Source: Vibrio rumoiensis (GTDB lineage: Bacteria > Pseudomonadota > Gammaproteobacteria > Enterobacterales > Vibrionaceae). From it: a DNA stretch of 24,000 nt. The notes beneath the pieces were generated by a model that made no database searches, had not been told where the DNA came from, and saw nothing but the letters and a program-made list of their open reading frames with translations. The stretch is taken from the NCBI RefSeq assembly GCF_002218045.2, contig NZ_AP018688.1, positions 17,172 to 41,171 on the forward strand, in the 5' to 3' direction. This document shows positions 8,588-16,206 of the stretch, piece after piece. Position 1 is the first letter of the stretch. Each line of letters starts with the position of its first letter. The translations under genes were made by a program, and so were the position numbers.

Positions 8588-8625
8588 GGGGTCACACGAC
8601 GATTCGGAAAATATTGTACGCTAAG
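8588..8625 (+). repeat. Orphan 38-bp Tn3-family terminal inverted repeat (outer end at 8588, element interior to the right)
   Basis: GGGGTCACACGACGATTCGGAAAATATTGTACGCTAAG has the GGGG start, an internal GGAAAA and the ACGCTAAG end expected of Tn3/Tn21-family IRs, at exactly 38 bp. No inverted partner is found in the window. Confidence 0.7.
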
Positions 8626-8675
8626 AGCATAACCTTATATTCCTAAAGGAAAAATTTGCTTCGATTAATTCCTTG

Positions 8676-8807
8676 TTACAAAGTGAAGTCTTTGTCAGAG
8701 TTACCCTGCTTTTTGACCTTTGCAATAGTTGATCGGCTACAGCCCAAAAGGTGTTGAATCTGAGACGGGGTGTGAAGCCCAACGGTACGGTTTCGTACGT
8801 TAAGCAT
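8676..8807 (-). CDS. Possible 43-aa helix-turn-helix ORF (or remnant of a recombinase HTH)
   Basis: I translated this by hand: MLNVRNRTVGLHTPSQIQHLLGCSRSTIAKVKKQGNSDKDFTL. It is HTH-like, but it falls below the ORF-track cutoff and has no clear RBS. Confidence 0.25.
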   Translation of the reverse strand: MLNVRNRTVGLHTPSQIQHLLGCSRSTIAKVKKQGNSDKDFTL

Positions 8808-8895
8808 TAAATCAAACAGTTAGAACGGTATGACGCTTAGGTATACCCTTCTGTCACCCTCTGAATCCTTCCCCTCGCGCCTTAATGGCATAACT

Positions 8896-8935
8896 CTAAT
8901 GACATAGGTTATAGTGACATAACCCTAATGACATA
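8896..8935. promoter_or_regulatory. Three direct copies of TA(A/G)TGACATA upstream of the serine recombinase gene (candidate res/operator subsites)
   Basis: CTAATGACATA (8896-8906), TAGTGACATA (8912-8921) and CTAATGACATA (8925-8935). The last copy ends 10 nt before the ATG at 8946. Confidence 0.35.
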
Positions 8936-8945
8936 AGAGGCGGTC

Positions 8946-9554
8946 ATGTACATATTTGGATACCTCCGGGCTTCTGCGCACGATCAGGATGCGTCACGCG
9001 CCCAGCAGCGGCTTAAAGCCTTTGCACTTGAGCATAATCACCGGGTCGCCGGATGGTACGTTGAGAACGCTTCTGGCGCGTCCCTGCAACGTCCTGAGCT
9101 TATGCGCCTGCTAAATGATGCTGAGAAGGGCGATCTTATCCTGATTGAGCAGGTAGACCGCCTTTCACGCCTGGATGATGAAGGCTGGCAGCAGCTGAAG
9201 CGAATGATGCAGGAAAAGAACCTGGCGATTATCAGTCTGGACCTGCCAACCAGCTACGCGGCGTTAATGCCCCACGGTAGCGATGAATTTACACGGAGTA
9301 TGCTGACGGCCATCAATAGCATGATGCTTGATATGCTCGCGGCCATCGCCCGAAAAGACTATACAGATCGCCGCCGTCGCCAGCAGGAAGGCGTAAAGAA
9401 AGCCAAAGAGAAGGGGGTTTATCGTGGCCGGATACCCGACCAGAATAAGCACGACCTGATCCGTTCTTTGCGGCACCAGGGGAAATCTATCAGCGAGACG
9501 GCCAGACTCGCTGGCGTATCGGAACGGACGGTTACGCGGGTGAGCAAAAGTTAA
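8946..9554 (+). CDS. Serine recombinase (resolvase/invertase family)
   Basis: N-terminal catalytic pattern YLRASAHDQD ... LILIEQVDRLSRL. C-terminal HTH GKSISETARLAGVSERTVTRV. 202 aa. Confidence 0.85.
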   Translation: MYIFGYLRASAHDQDASRAQQRLKAFALEHNHRVAGWYVENASGASLQRPELMRLLNDAEKGDLILIEQVDRLSRLDDEGWQQLKRMMQEKNLAIISLDLPTSYAALMPHGSDEFTRSMLTAINSMMLDMLAAIARKDYTDRRRRQQEGVKKAKEKGVYRGRIPDQNKHDLIRSLRHQGKSISETARLAGVSERTVTRVSKS

Positions 9555-9751
9555 TTCTGGCTATCGACCTTTTTACCAGGAACGCCGTGTTTGACCAACA
9601 AATCCTCTATAGCTTCATCGAGCAGGCGGCTTTTAGGTATCCGCGTTTTGGCCGCTAGCGCGTCAAACAATGGGACAAGTTGATTATCAAGGGACGAGGT
9701 GAAGCGTCGGCGATTTTTTAAATAGGGTTCGGCCATTACATCCGTTTCCAC
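9551..9751 (-). CDS. Ribbon-helix-helix (CopG/Arc-like) protein
   Basis: RRRFTSSLDNQLVPLFDALAAKTRIPKSRLLDEAIEDLL fits a beta-strand plus two helices RHH pattern. It converges on the recombinase gene with a 4-nt overlap. The true start may be the ATG at 9736. Confidence 0.55.
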   Translation of the reverse strand: METDVMAEPYLKNRRRFTSSLDNQLVPLFDALAAKTRIPKSRLLDEAIEDLLVKHGVPGKKVDSQN

Positions 9752-9893
9752 ACAGTTACAGGTGCAAGCAGTGTATGTGGCTGTCAGATAGATTAAAGTG
9801 GTTGCAGATAGTGTCTATATAGTGCAAAAATTCACCCTGAATACAGCACCAGGGCACTTACAAAAATAAAATATGCACGATTCAAGCTCATTT

Positions 9894-9918
9894 AAGTCGC
9901 CTTCATGGCGACTTTTTT
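9894..9918 (+). terminator. Rho-independent terminator-like hairpin
   Basis: AAGTCGCC-ttcat-GGCGACTT forms a hairpin, and the 3' arm runs into a six-T tract (9913-9918). It lies 13 nt before the transposon insertion point. Confidence 0.55.
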
Positions 9919-9930
9919 ATGCTCTTTAAC

Positions 9931-9935
9931 AATAT
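9931..9935. repeat. Left copy of the 5-bp target-site duplication (AATAT)
   Basis: AATAT immediately precedes the GGGG of the left IR. An identical AATAT follows the right IR at 18983-18987. Confidence 0.8.
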
Positions 9936-9957
9936 GGGGTCGTCTCAGAAAACGGAA
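9936..9957 (+). repeat. Outer 22 bp of the left 38-bp IR
   Basis: GGGGTCGTCTCAGAAAACGGAA, followed directly by the IS end TCTATGGTCACTCCC. Confidence 0.85.
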
Positions 9958-11284
9958 TCTATGGTCACTCCCGTTTTTGCAACACCGATTTTGACGACAA
10001 GTTGGCTTGCTTGAATCTATCCGGCGTCTGAATGGGATTTTATTCCCGCGCCTCGATGAGTTCCGCGCCTGATGAACCTCCAGAAAATATACGGCTTCAA
10101 TGAGCCTTTCCGTTTTACAGGTTCCTCAACAGGCCGGTGGGCCGTTAGTATCATCAATATCAGTATTCGCAAAACCAGATGAATGATTGTTTAAACTGGT
10201 GTATTTCTGCCTTTATGCTTCGTAAGTTTGCTGTCGCGCCGTCAGTGCCCAGGCTATTCTGGCCAGCTTGTTTGCCAGAGCACAGGTGACGACAAAGTTG
10301 CTTTTCCGACACAACAACTCCCTGACCCAGTCGGCCAACTTGCCAGACTGGTGTTCCAGTTTTTGTATGAATACCCTGGCACACTGAACCAACAAAGTTC
10401 GGATCTTTTTGTTGCCCCGCTTGCTAATCCCTAACAATGTCGTCCGACCTCCCGTGCTGTACTGTCGGGGTACCAGCCCTGTTGCCGCCGCAAAGTCACG
10501 GCTGCTGGCGTACTGCTTCCCGTCGCCAATCTCAGTTGAAATAGTACTGGCAGTCAGCGTTCCAACGCAGGGAATACTCAGCAAGCGCTGTCCAACCTCA
10601 TCTTCGTCCAACTTTCGTTTCAACTGAGATTCCAGATCTTTAATCTGCTCAACAAGATAGTGATAATGCTGTTGTAATTTCAGCAGTAACTGGCTGAGAT
10701 AAAGAGGCAAACTACTGTCCTCAAGAAGGGTACTCAGTCGACTAATAACGGCAGCACCTCGCGGAACGCTGATACCAAATTCCAGCAGAAAAGCATGCAT
10801 CTGATTAGTTGTTTTCACCTTATCCTGAACCAGGGATTCACGGACACGATGCAGAGCTCGCATTGCCTGCTGAGATTCGGTTCTGGGCTGCACGAAACGC
10901 ATAGATGGACGTGATGCTGCTTCACAGATAGCTTCAGCATCAACGAAGTCATTTTTGTTGCTTTTAACGAATGGGCGGACAAATTGCGGTGATATCAGCT
11001 TTGGAAAATGCCCTAACTCTGCCAGCTTGCGTGCCATAAAGTGAGAACCGCCACAGGCTTCCATCGCGATGGTTGTTGCCGGGCATGTCGCCAGAAATTC
11101 GATTAGCTTTGGTCGGGTGAATTTTTTACGGTAAACGGCCTTCCCACGATGATCCTGACAATGAATATGGAAAGAGTTCTTACCCAGATCGATACCAATA
11201 AGCGCAATGTTTTCCATGATGGTTCTCCGAATGAAAGCCTGTCCTCAGCATAGTACTGGGAAGGAGGGAGTGACCATCTCATTA
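9958..11284 (-). mobile_element. IS5075/IS4321-like insertion sequence (IS110 family, IS1111 group), 1327 bp
   Basis: It is bounded exactly by the two parts of the 38-bp IR. It has subterminal inverted repeats ATGGTCACTCCC / GGGAGTGACCAT, 7 nt and 3 nt from the ends. It encodes a single 334-aa DEDD-type transposase. Confidence 0.9.
10213..11217 (-). CDS. IS110-family transposase (IS5075/IS4321-like)
   Basis: MENIALIGIDLGKNSFHIHCQD ... IAMEACGGSHF ... LLSIPCVGTLTASTI ... STGGRTTLLGISKRGNKKIR is the typical IS110/IS1111 transposase pattern. It is nearly identical to the second copy at 17701-18705. Confidence 0.95.
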   Translation of the reverse strand: MENIALIGIDLGKNSFHIHCQDHRGKAVYRKKFTRPKLIEFLATCPATTIAMEACGGSHFMARKLAELGHFPKLISPQFVRPFVKSNKNDFVDAEAICEAASRPSMRFVQPRTESQQAMRALHRVRESLVQDKVKTTNQMHAFLLEFGISVPRGAAVISRLSTLLEDSSLPLYLSQLLLKLQQHYHYLVEQIKDLESQLKRKLDEDEVGQRLLSIPCVGTLTASTISTEIGDGKQYASSRDFAAATGLVPRQYSTGGRTTLLGISKRGNKKIRTLLVQCARVFIQKLEHQSGKLADWVRELLCRKSNFVVTCALANKLARIAWALTARQQTYEA

Positions 11285-11300
11285 AATAAAGCACGCTAAG
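11285..11300 (+). repeat. Inner 16 bp of the left 38-bp IR
   Basis: AATAAAGCACGCTAAG. It contains the tnpA stop (CTA on the plus strand at 11296-11298). Confidence 0.85.
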
Positions 11301-12942
11301 CCGGTTGCAGCGGCCGTAGCGGCCTGAACTTGCCCGCGCCGATCTTGGCGCTGCTGCGCCAGAGGTAATCGCCGGTCAGGTTGATGTGCTCCCAGCCGAG
11401 CGGCGACAGGTACTGCAACAGGCCGTCATCGACGGCTTGACCGTGGCCACGCAAGGCGTTCGCGGCCCGCTCCAGATAGACCGTGTTCCATAGCACGATG
11501 GCCGCCGTCACCAGGTTGAGGCCGCTGGCCCGGTAGCGCTGCTGCTCGAAGCTGCGGTCGCGGATTTCCCCCAGGCGGTTGAAGAACACGGCGCGGGCCA
11601 GCGCGTTGCGCGCCTCGCCTTTGTTCAGCCCGGCATGCACGCGGCGGCGCAGCTCGACGCTTTGCAGCCAGTCCAGGATGAACAGTGTGCGCTCGATGCG
11701 TCCCAGCTCACGCAGGGCGACGGCCAGGCCGTTCTGGCGCGGGTAGCTGCCAAGCTTCCTGAGCATCAGCGAGGCCGTCGCCGTGCCCTGCTTGATCGAG
11801 GTGGCCATCCGCAGGATTTCATCCCAATGGGCGCGGACGTGCTTGATGTTGAGCGTGCCGCCGATCATCGGTTTCAACGCCTCGTAGGTGGCATCGCCCT
11901 TCGGGATGTAGAGCTTGGTGTCGCCCAGGTCACGAATGCGCGGGGCGAAGCGGAAGCCCAGCAGGTGCATCAACGCGAAGACGTGGTCCGTGAACCCTGC
12001 CGTGTCGGTGTAGTGCTCCTCGATCCGCAGGTCGGATTCGTGATACAGCAGGCCGTCGAGCACGTAGGTCGAGTCGCGCACGCCGACGTTCACGACCTTG
12101 GTGTGGAACGGCGCGTACTGGTCGGAGATATGGGTGTAGAACGTCCGCCCTGGGCTGCTGCCGTATTTCGGATTGATGTGGCCGGTGCTCTCGGCCTTGC
12201 TGCCGGTGCGGAAGTTCTGGCCGTCCGACGATGACGTGGTGCCGTCGCCCCAATGCTCGGCGAAGGGATGTCGGAACTGCGCGTTGACCAGCTCGGCCAG
12301 TGCCGCCCCGTAGGTTTCGTCGCGGATGTGCCAGGCTTGCAGCCAGGCCAGCTTGGCGTAGGTCGTGCCGGGGCACGATTCCGCCATCTTGGTCAGGCCC
12401 AGGTTGATCGCGTCGGCGAGGATCGTGGTCAGCAACAGGTTTTTGTCCTTGGCCAGGTCGCCTGACTTCAGGTGGGCGAAGTGCCGGGTGAAGCCCGTCC
12501 ATTCGTCTACCTCCAGCAGCAATTCGGTGATCTTGACGTGCGGTAGGATCATCGCCGTCTGGTCGATCAGGGCCTGTGCGGTATCGGGCACCGCCGCATC
12601 GAGCGGCGTGATCTTCAGGCCCGACTCCGTGATGATGGCGTCCGGCAGCTCGTTGGCCAGCGCCATGCGGTTGACGGTGGCGAGCTGCGTTTCCAGCAGC
12701 GTCAGCCGGTCATGCAGGTACTGGTCGCAATCGGTGGCCACGGCCAGCGGCAATTCGCTGGCCTGCTTGAGGCTGGCGAATTTCGCGGGCGGCACCAGGT
12801 AGTTGTAGCGGCTCGCGTTTGAAAACGGGCGTGCTCGCATTCGACGCCGCTTTCGGCTCGAATTAACTGCAACTGACGGCGCGCTGATGCTCACGCTATC
12901 TGCAAACGAGCTTGCAATCGACGGCGGCGGCTCGCATTTCAT
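11296..12942 (-). pseudogene. tnpA: Tn21-family transposase TnpA, C-terminal ~510 codons only
   Basis: From about [14 protein letters not shown] onward (nt ~12830 downward) the sequence is typical of a Tn3-family TnpA catalytic half ([50 protein letters not shown]). The first ~35 codons of the tracked ORF come from unrelated junction DNA. Confidence 0.85.
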
Positions 12943-13056
12943 GGCGGCGTGCTCGAATTAATTGCAAGTGAAATGCCGGGTTCCAAGCTATCCAAAATCA
13001 ATAGATGCAGTGCCGGCTGCCCGCTAACGCCTCTGAGCGGTCAGACGGGGATTGAC

Positions 13057-13617
13057 CTACGCCGCCTCTCGCACGAGACGGATATCGACTTCTCTGTCAA
13101 CGTACTTCCATTCCTCTGTTGCACGCAGTTCGGAAAGCAATGCGTTGAACTCAGCCTCATGGGTTGGCGCGAACTCGAACCAATTGAGAAAATCGAACGG
13201 TTCATTTTCAGAGAGGTCGCGGCAGTGGTGGAGCTTGCGCGCTACTGCAGGCAAGTAGTTGAGCCCGATTTGGATGTGCTTTGACTTTTCGAAAACGCTC
13301 CGGCGCTCGTCTTGCGTGAATTCCCACCAAGCTGCGTTTTTTCGGATCGGTATCAACGCAGCGCAAGTTGCTTCTGGGCGCGCTAGCCCTTGCTGCTTCA
13401 CCACAATTTCGTTCTTCTCTTCGCGCATGACATACCGTTCATTGCTTGTTATTCCGCGAAGTACCCAGGGTGCATTGGTTTCGGGCTGCAACTCTGAGGC
13501 AGATATTACGTTGAGCCTTTTGGCTTCAGGCAGTGACTTGCCAACTATGGTTTCGGTTCCAACGATCCGCCAAAGACCGCTGTCTCCGCCGACGAATGCA
13601 AATAATCGTGTATCCAT
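13057..13617 (-). CDS. cld: Chlorite dismutase-family protein (short, lineage II Cld-like)
   Basis: MDTRLFAFVGGDSGLWRIV ... WVLRGITSNERY ... IPIRKNAAWWE ... VARKLHHCRDL ... FDFLNWFEF matches the short dimeric Cld pattern known from Klebsiella and Nitrobacter. I place the start at the ATG at 13617 because AAGGGGA lies 5 nt upstream. The tracked ORF extends to 13683. Confidence 0.7.
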   Translation of the reverse strand: MDTRLFAFVGGDSGLWRIVGTETIVGKSLPEAKRLNVISASELQPETNAPWVLRGITSNERYVMREEKNEIVVKQQGLARPEATCAALIPIRKNAAWWEFTQDERRSVFEKSKHIQIGLNYLPAVARKLHHCRDLSENEPFDFLNWFEFAPTHEAEFNALLSELRATEEWKYVDREVDIRLVREAA

Positions 13618-13957
13618 TTCATCCCCTTCATGTGAGTGTGTTAACTTTTTTACAGCCTCAAAAAACCTATCTGCCCATCCCATGCTTGTGCATCATCGTC
13701 TCGCCTCGCTTAGCGTAGTATTGCATTACGCTTACCAGCGCCCCCAGTTAAATTGTAAATATAGCATCGAATTGGTCTGTGATACAACCGCCAGAAAATA
13801 GCCGTTTGTCGCCATTTCAAAAATTAATTGTACCGTATCGGTACGCCCTAACTAGGCGTCAGGCCGGAACCTTGGGCCGCGTCAGGATAGGGCCGATTCC
13901 AGCATTTTCTGACGCCTCGCCGGCAACCTCTAGGGCCTCAACCTGACAGGCCGTACG

Positions 13958-13995
13958 CTTAACGTACGATTTTTTCCGTTTTCTCTATCGTCCCC
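13958..13995 (-). repeat. 38-bp terminal IR of a second Tn3-family element inserted in tnpA (element interior to the left)
   Basis: The minus strand reads GGGGACGATAGAGAAAACGGAAAAAATCGTACGTTAAG. That is a GGGG start, AAAACGGAAAA and an ACGTTAAG end, at exactly 38 bp. It begins exactly where similarity to the TnpA N-terminus stops. Confidence 0.7.
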
Positions 13996-14432
13996 ATCAA
14001 GGCTCTGGCCAGCACGATGCCCTTGTCGGTTTGCATGGCCAGCTCGGTCAGCAACTGGACAGCCTGCCGGTAGTGGCCAATCGTGAACGGCTGGAAGCCG
14101 AACACCGTTTGCAGCTCGACCAGGTGCTCGCGTCGGGTCTGCTCACGCTGCCCGTACTCGTCCCAGCTTTCGATGCCGACCTTGAGCTGGTTGGCGACCA
14201 GTCTCAGCAATGGCGGGAACGGTGGCTCATCAGCGCCAAGGATGACGCCGGGAAAGCGCAGGTAGCAGAGCTGCACCGCGAAGCCCAGCCGATTGGCCGG
14301 GCCGCGCCGCTGCCGGATGATGGAGAGGTCGCTTTCGCTGAACGTGTAGTGACGGATCAACTCATCCTTGGTGTCCGGCAACGCCAGCAGGCTTTCGCGC
14401 TCGGCGGCGGAGAGGATCGAACGGCGGGGCAT
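13959..14432 (-). pseudogene. tnpA: Tn21-family transposase TnpA, N-terminal ~146 codons (DUF4158 region) fused to IR-encoded tail
   Basis: MPRRSILSAAERESLLALPDTKDELIRHYTFSESDLSIIRQRRGPANRLGFAVQLCYLRFPG... is the conserved Tn3-family TnpA N-terminus. The last residues, TIEKTEKIVR, are translated from the inserted IR. Confidence 0.85.
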
Positions 14433-14531
14433 GCGGTTTCCTTCTTCTTGAAAACGTAGGTTTGTGACAAGCCCGCCAAGGCAACCGGCGCGGCACGGGA
14501 ATCAAGGCATTGCGATTCTCGAAAATAGTTC

Positions 14532-14560
14532 TTGAAATTCTATTCTTGATTGCATATCAT
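14532..14560 (+). promoter_or_regulatory. Putative sigma70 promoter for the MNT/HEPN pair
   Basis: TTGAAA (14532-14537), 17 nt, TATCAT (14555-14560), in a local AT-rich island. Four TTCT(T/C)GA repeats lie at 14444, 14516, 14529 and 14543. An AAGAAAGGA RBS precedes 14585. Confidence 0.4.
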
Positions 14561-14584
14561 CTCAACGAGTTTCGATAAGAAAGG

Positions 14585-14881
14585 ATGCGCATGCGACCGT
14601 CTGTTGTGCTTGACATGAAGCGAAGCGCAGTGCGTGAAGCGGTAGGCCGCTTTCGCGCCGCGAACCCGCGCGTCTTCGGCTCGGTGCTGCATGGCACCGA
14701 CCGGGATGGCAGCGACCTCGACCTGTTGGTCGATGCGCTGCCCGGTGCCACGTTGTTGGACTTGGGCGATTTGGAAGAAGAACTGAAATCGCTGCTCGGC
14801 GTTGACGTCGATCTGCTGACTCCCGGCGACCTGCCGCCGAAGTTCCGGGCCAAGGTGCTCGCGGAGGCGCAACCGATATGA
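14585..14881 (+). CDS. mntA: Minimal nucleotidyltransferase (MNT) antitoxin of a HEPN/MNT module
   Basis: FGSVLHGTDRDGSDLDLLVD is the GS-x-n-D-x-D nucleotidyltransferase signature. 98 aa, with an ATGA overlap onto the next gene. Confidence 0.8.
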   Translation: MRMRPSVVLDMKRSAVREAVGRFRAANPRVFGSVLHGTDRDGSDLDLLVDALPGATLLDLGDLEEELKSLLGVDVDLLTPGDLPPKFRAKVLAEAQPI

Positions 14882-15279
14882 GCGAGAACCGCCTGCCCGA
14901 TTACCTCGACCACATTCAGCAGGCCGCAACCGATGCGCGCAGCTTCGTGGAAGGGATGGCCAAGGACGACTTCTTGGCCGACAAGCGCACCCAGCAGGCC
15001 GTCATCATGAGCCTGATCGTCATCGGCGAGGCGGCCACAAAGGTGATGGATGGCTACGTCGAGTTCACCCAGGCGCATGCCGACGTGCCGTGGCGCAGCA
15101 TGCGCAATATGCGTAATCGCATGGCTCACGGCTATTTCGACATCAACCTCGATGTGGTGTGGGAGACGGTACAGGAATGGCTGCCGGCGTTGCTCCAGCA
15201 ATTGCCCGCCGTGCGTCAGGATGCCGACGATGAAGACCGTAACGACAACTGTGAAAGAGGGATCTCCGATGACTGTTGA
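14878..15279 (+). CDS. hepT: HEPN (DUF86) domain toxin
   Basis: An R-x4-H motif (RNRMAHGY), DUF86-like helices, and translational coupling to the MNT gene. Confidence 0.8.
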   Translation: MSENRLPDYLDHIQQAATDARSFVEGMAKDDFLADKRTQQAVIMSLIVIGEAATKVMDGYVEFTQAHADVPWRSMRNMRNRMAHGYFDINLDVVWETVQEWLPALLQQLPAVRQDADDEDRNDNCERGISDDC

Positions 15280-15625
15280 ATCGAGAATATTTTCTGTAGC
15301 CGAGTATGTTCAGCCGTCCGAAGGCGAGCCTATTCGTTCCGTTGTGCTTGAAACCCGAGACTCAATTATCGTGGTTTGGCATGTCCATCCCGGGCAGGAA
15401 ATTGCGGCTCACATTCATCCTCACGGCCAAGACACGTGGACTGTTTTGTCGGGAATGGCTGATTACTTTCAGGGCAATGGGATTGTTCGTGCCCTCAGGG
15501 AAGGTGAGATAGCCGTGGCAAGACCGGGCCAAGTGCACGGGGCGCGAAATACAGGTACCGAGCCATTTGTGTTAGTCTCGGTTGTGGCATCAGCCAATGC
15601 CGGTTTCGTATTGGCTGAGCGATAG
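15269..15625 (+). CDS. Cupin-domain protein
   Basis: HVHPGQEIAAHIHPHGQDTWTVLSG ... GEIAVARPGQVHGARN gives the two cupin His-containing motifs. An ATG at 15269 follows AAAGAGGG. It overlaps the HEPN gene end by 11 nt. The 5' part of the tracked ORF (from 15050) is out-of-frame overlap with hepT. Confidence 0.75.
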   Translation: MTVESRIFSVAEYVQPSEGEPIRSVVLETRDSIIVVWHVHPGQEIAAHIHPHGQDTWTVLSGMADYFQGNGIVRALREGEIAVARPGQVHGARNTGTEPFVLVSVVASANAGFVLAER

Positions 15626-15879
15626 AGCCCAATCTCTGGAGTTGGTCCAATGAGCGGTCGGGGAGATAGGTAACAGACATGCAGCGGACACGGCTGCTAA
15701 ACCAGGTCGCAAACCTCCTTGCGTCGCAGCGTGCCGCAAGCGACGCGATCAATCGAATGGGGTCGGCATGAGACTGAACACCATCCAGTTCCCGACCGCG
15801 TAGCCGCCTGTCCTGCCGATCAGGTCTTGACCATCGACGCCTGGGATCAGTCCTGAATGTTCTTGGAGACCACTACGTT

Positions 15880-16206
15880 ATGAGCCGCAGCCGCCGCAAA
15901 ACACCCATCGTCGGGCACACGACCTGCGGCAGCGAGCGCGAGGACAAGAAGCTCTGGCATCAGCGCTGGCGCACCCGTGAGCGCACGGCGCTGACCAGCG
16001 CGTCGCCCGAAGCCCTGAGCGCCCATCTGCCCCTGCTGGAAAACCAGGCCAGCAGCGTCTGGTCGATGGGCAAGGATGGCCGCTCCTACTGGCCCGTCAA
16101 GCGCCAGGCCGCCACGGCGGATCGCATCGCCAATCACAAGGGACGCAACCCGCAAGAACGCGCCTCCCTGAAAAAGCGCCTGCTGCGCAAGTGGATGAGC
16201 AAATGA
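15880..16206 (+). CDS. Hypothetical basic protein (108 aa)
   Basis: First gene of an overlapping four-gene string. Arg/Lys-rich (SRSRRKTPIVGHTTCGSEREDKKLWHQRWRTRER). No family is named. Confidence 0.55.
   Translation: MSRSRRKTPIVGHTTCGSEREDKKLWHQRWRTRERTALTSASPEALSAHLPLLENQASSVWSMGKDGRSYWPVKRQAATADRIANHKGRNPQERASLKKRLLRKWMSK

Noticed and set aside
10160-11294. Small ORFs inside the IS copies (63-aa MLYLMRWSL..., 74-aa MCQGIHTK..., 68- and 72-aa plus-strand ORFs, and their mirror images at 17624-18758)
   Set aside because: They overlap the IS110-family transposase gene or its leader and have no recognisable domain. The divergent patch changes them non-synonymously while staying synonymous for the transposase, which marks the transposase frame as the real one.
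11635-12802. Several 70-199-aa ORFs on both strands inside the tnpA fragment (11635-12234 +, 11930-12502 -, 12253-12465 +, 12365-12802 +)
   Set aside because: They lie within or antisense to a clearly homologous transposase frame in GC-rich DNA, where stop codons are rare. Their Arg/Gly/Pro/Ala-rich products look like frame artefacts.
12828-13056. Whether the repeats at the tnpA/cld junction could be integron attC sites or an ISCR/IS91-type end
   Set aside because: There are no attC-like R''/L''-L'/R' core pairs (no GTTRRRY), no integrase gene and no recognisable rolling-circle transposase nearby.
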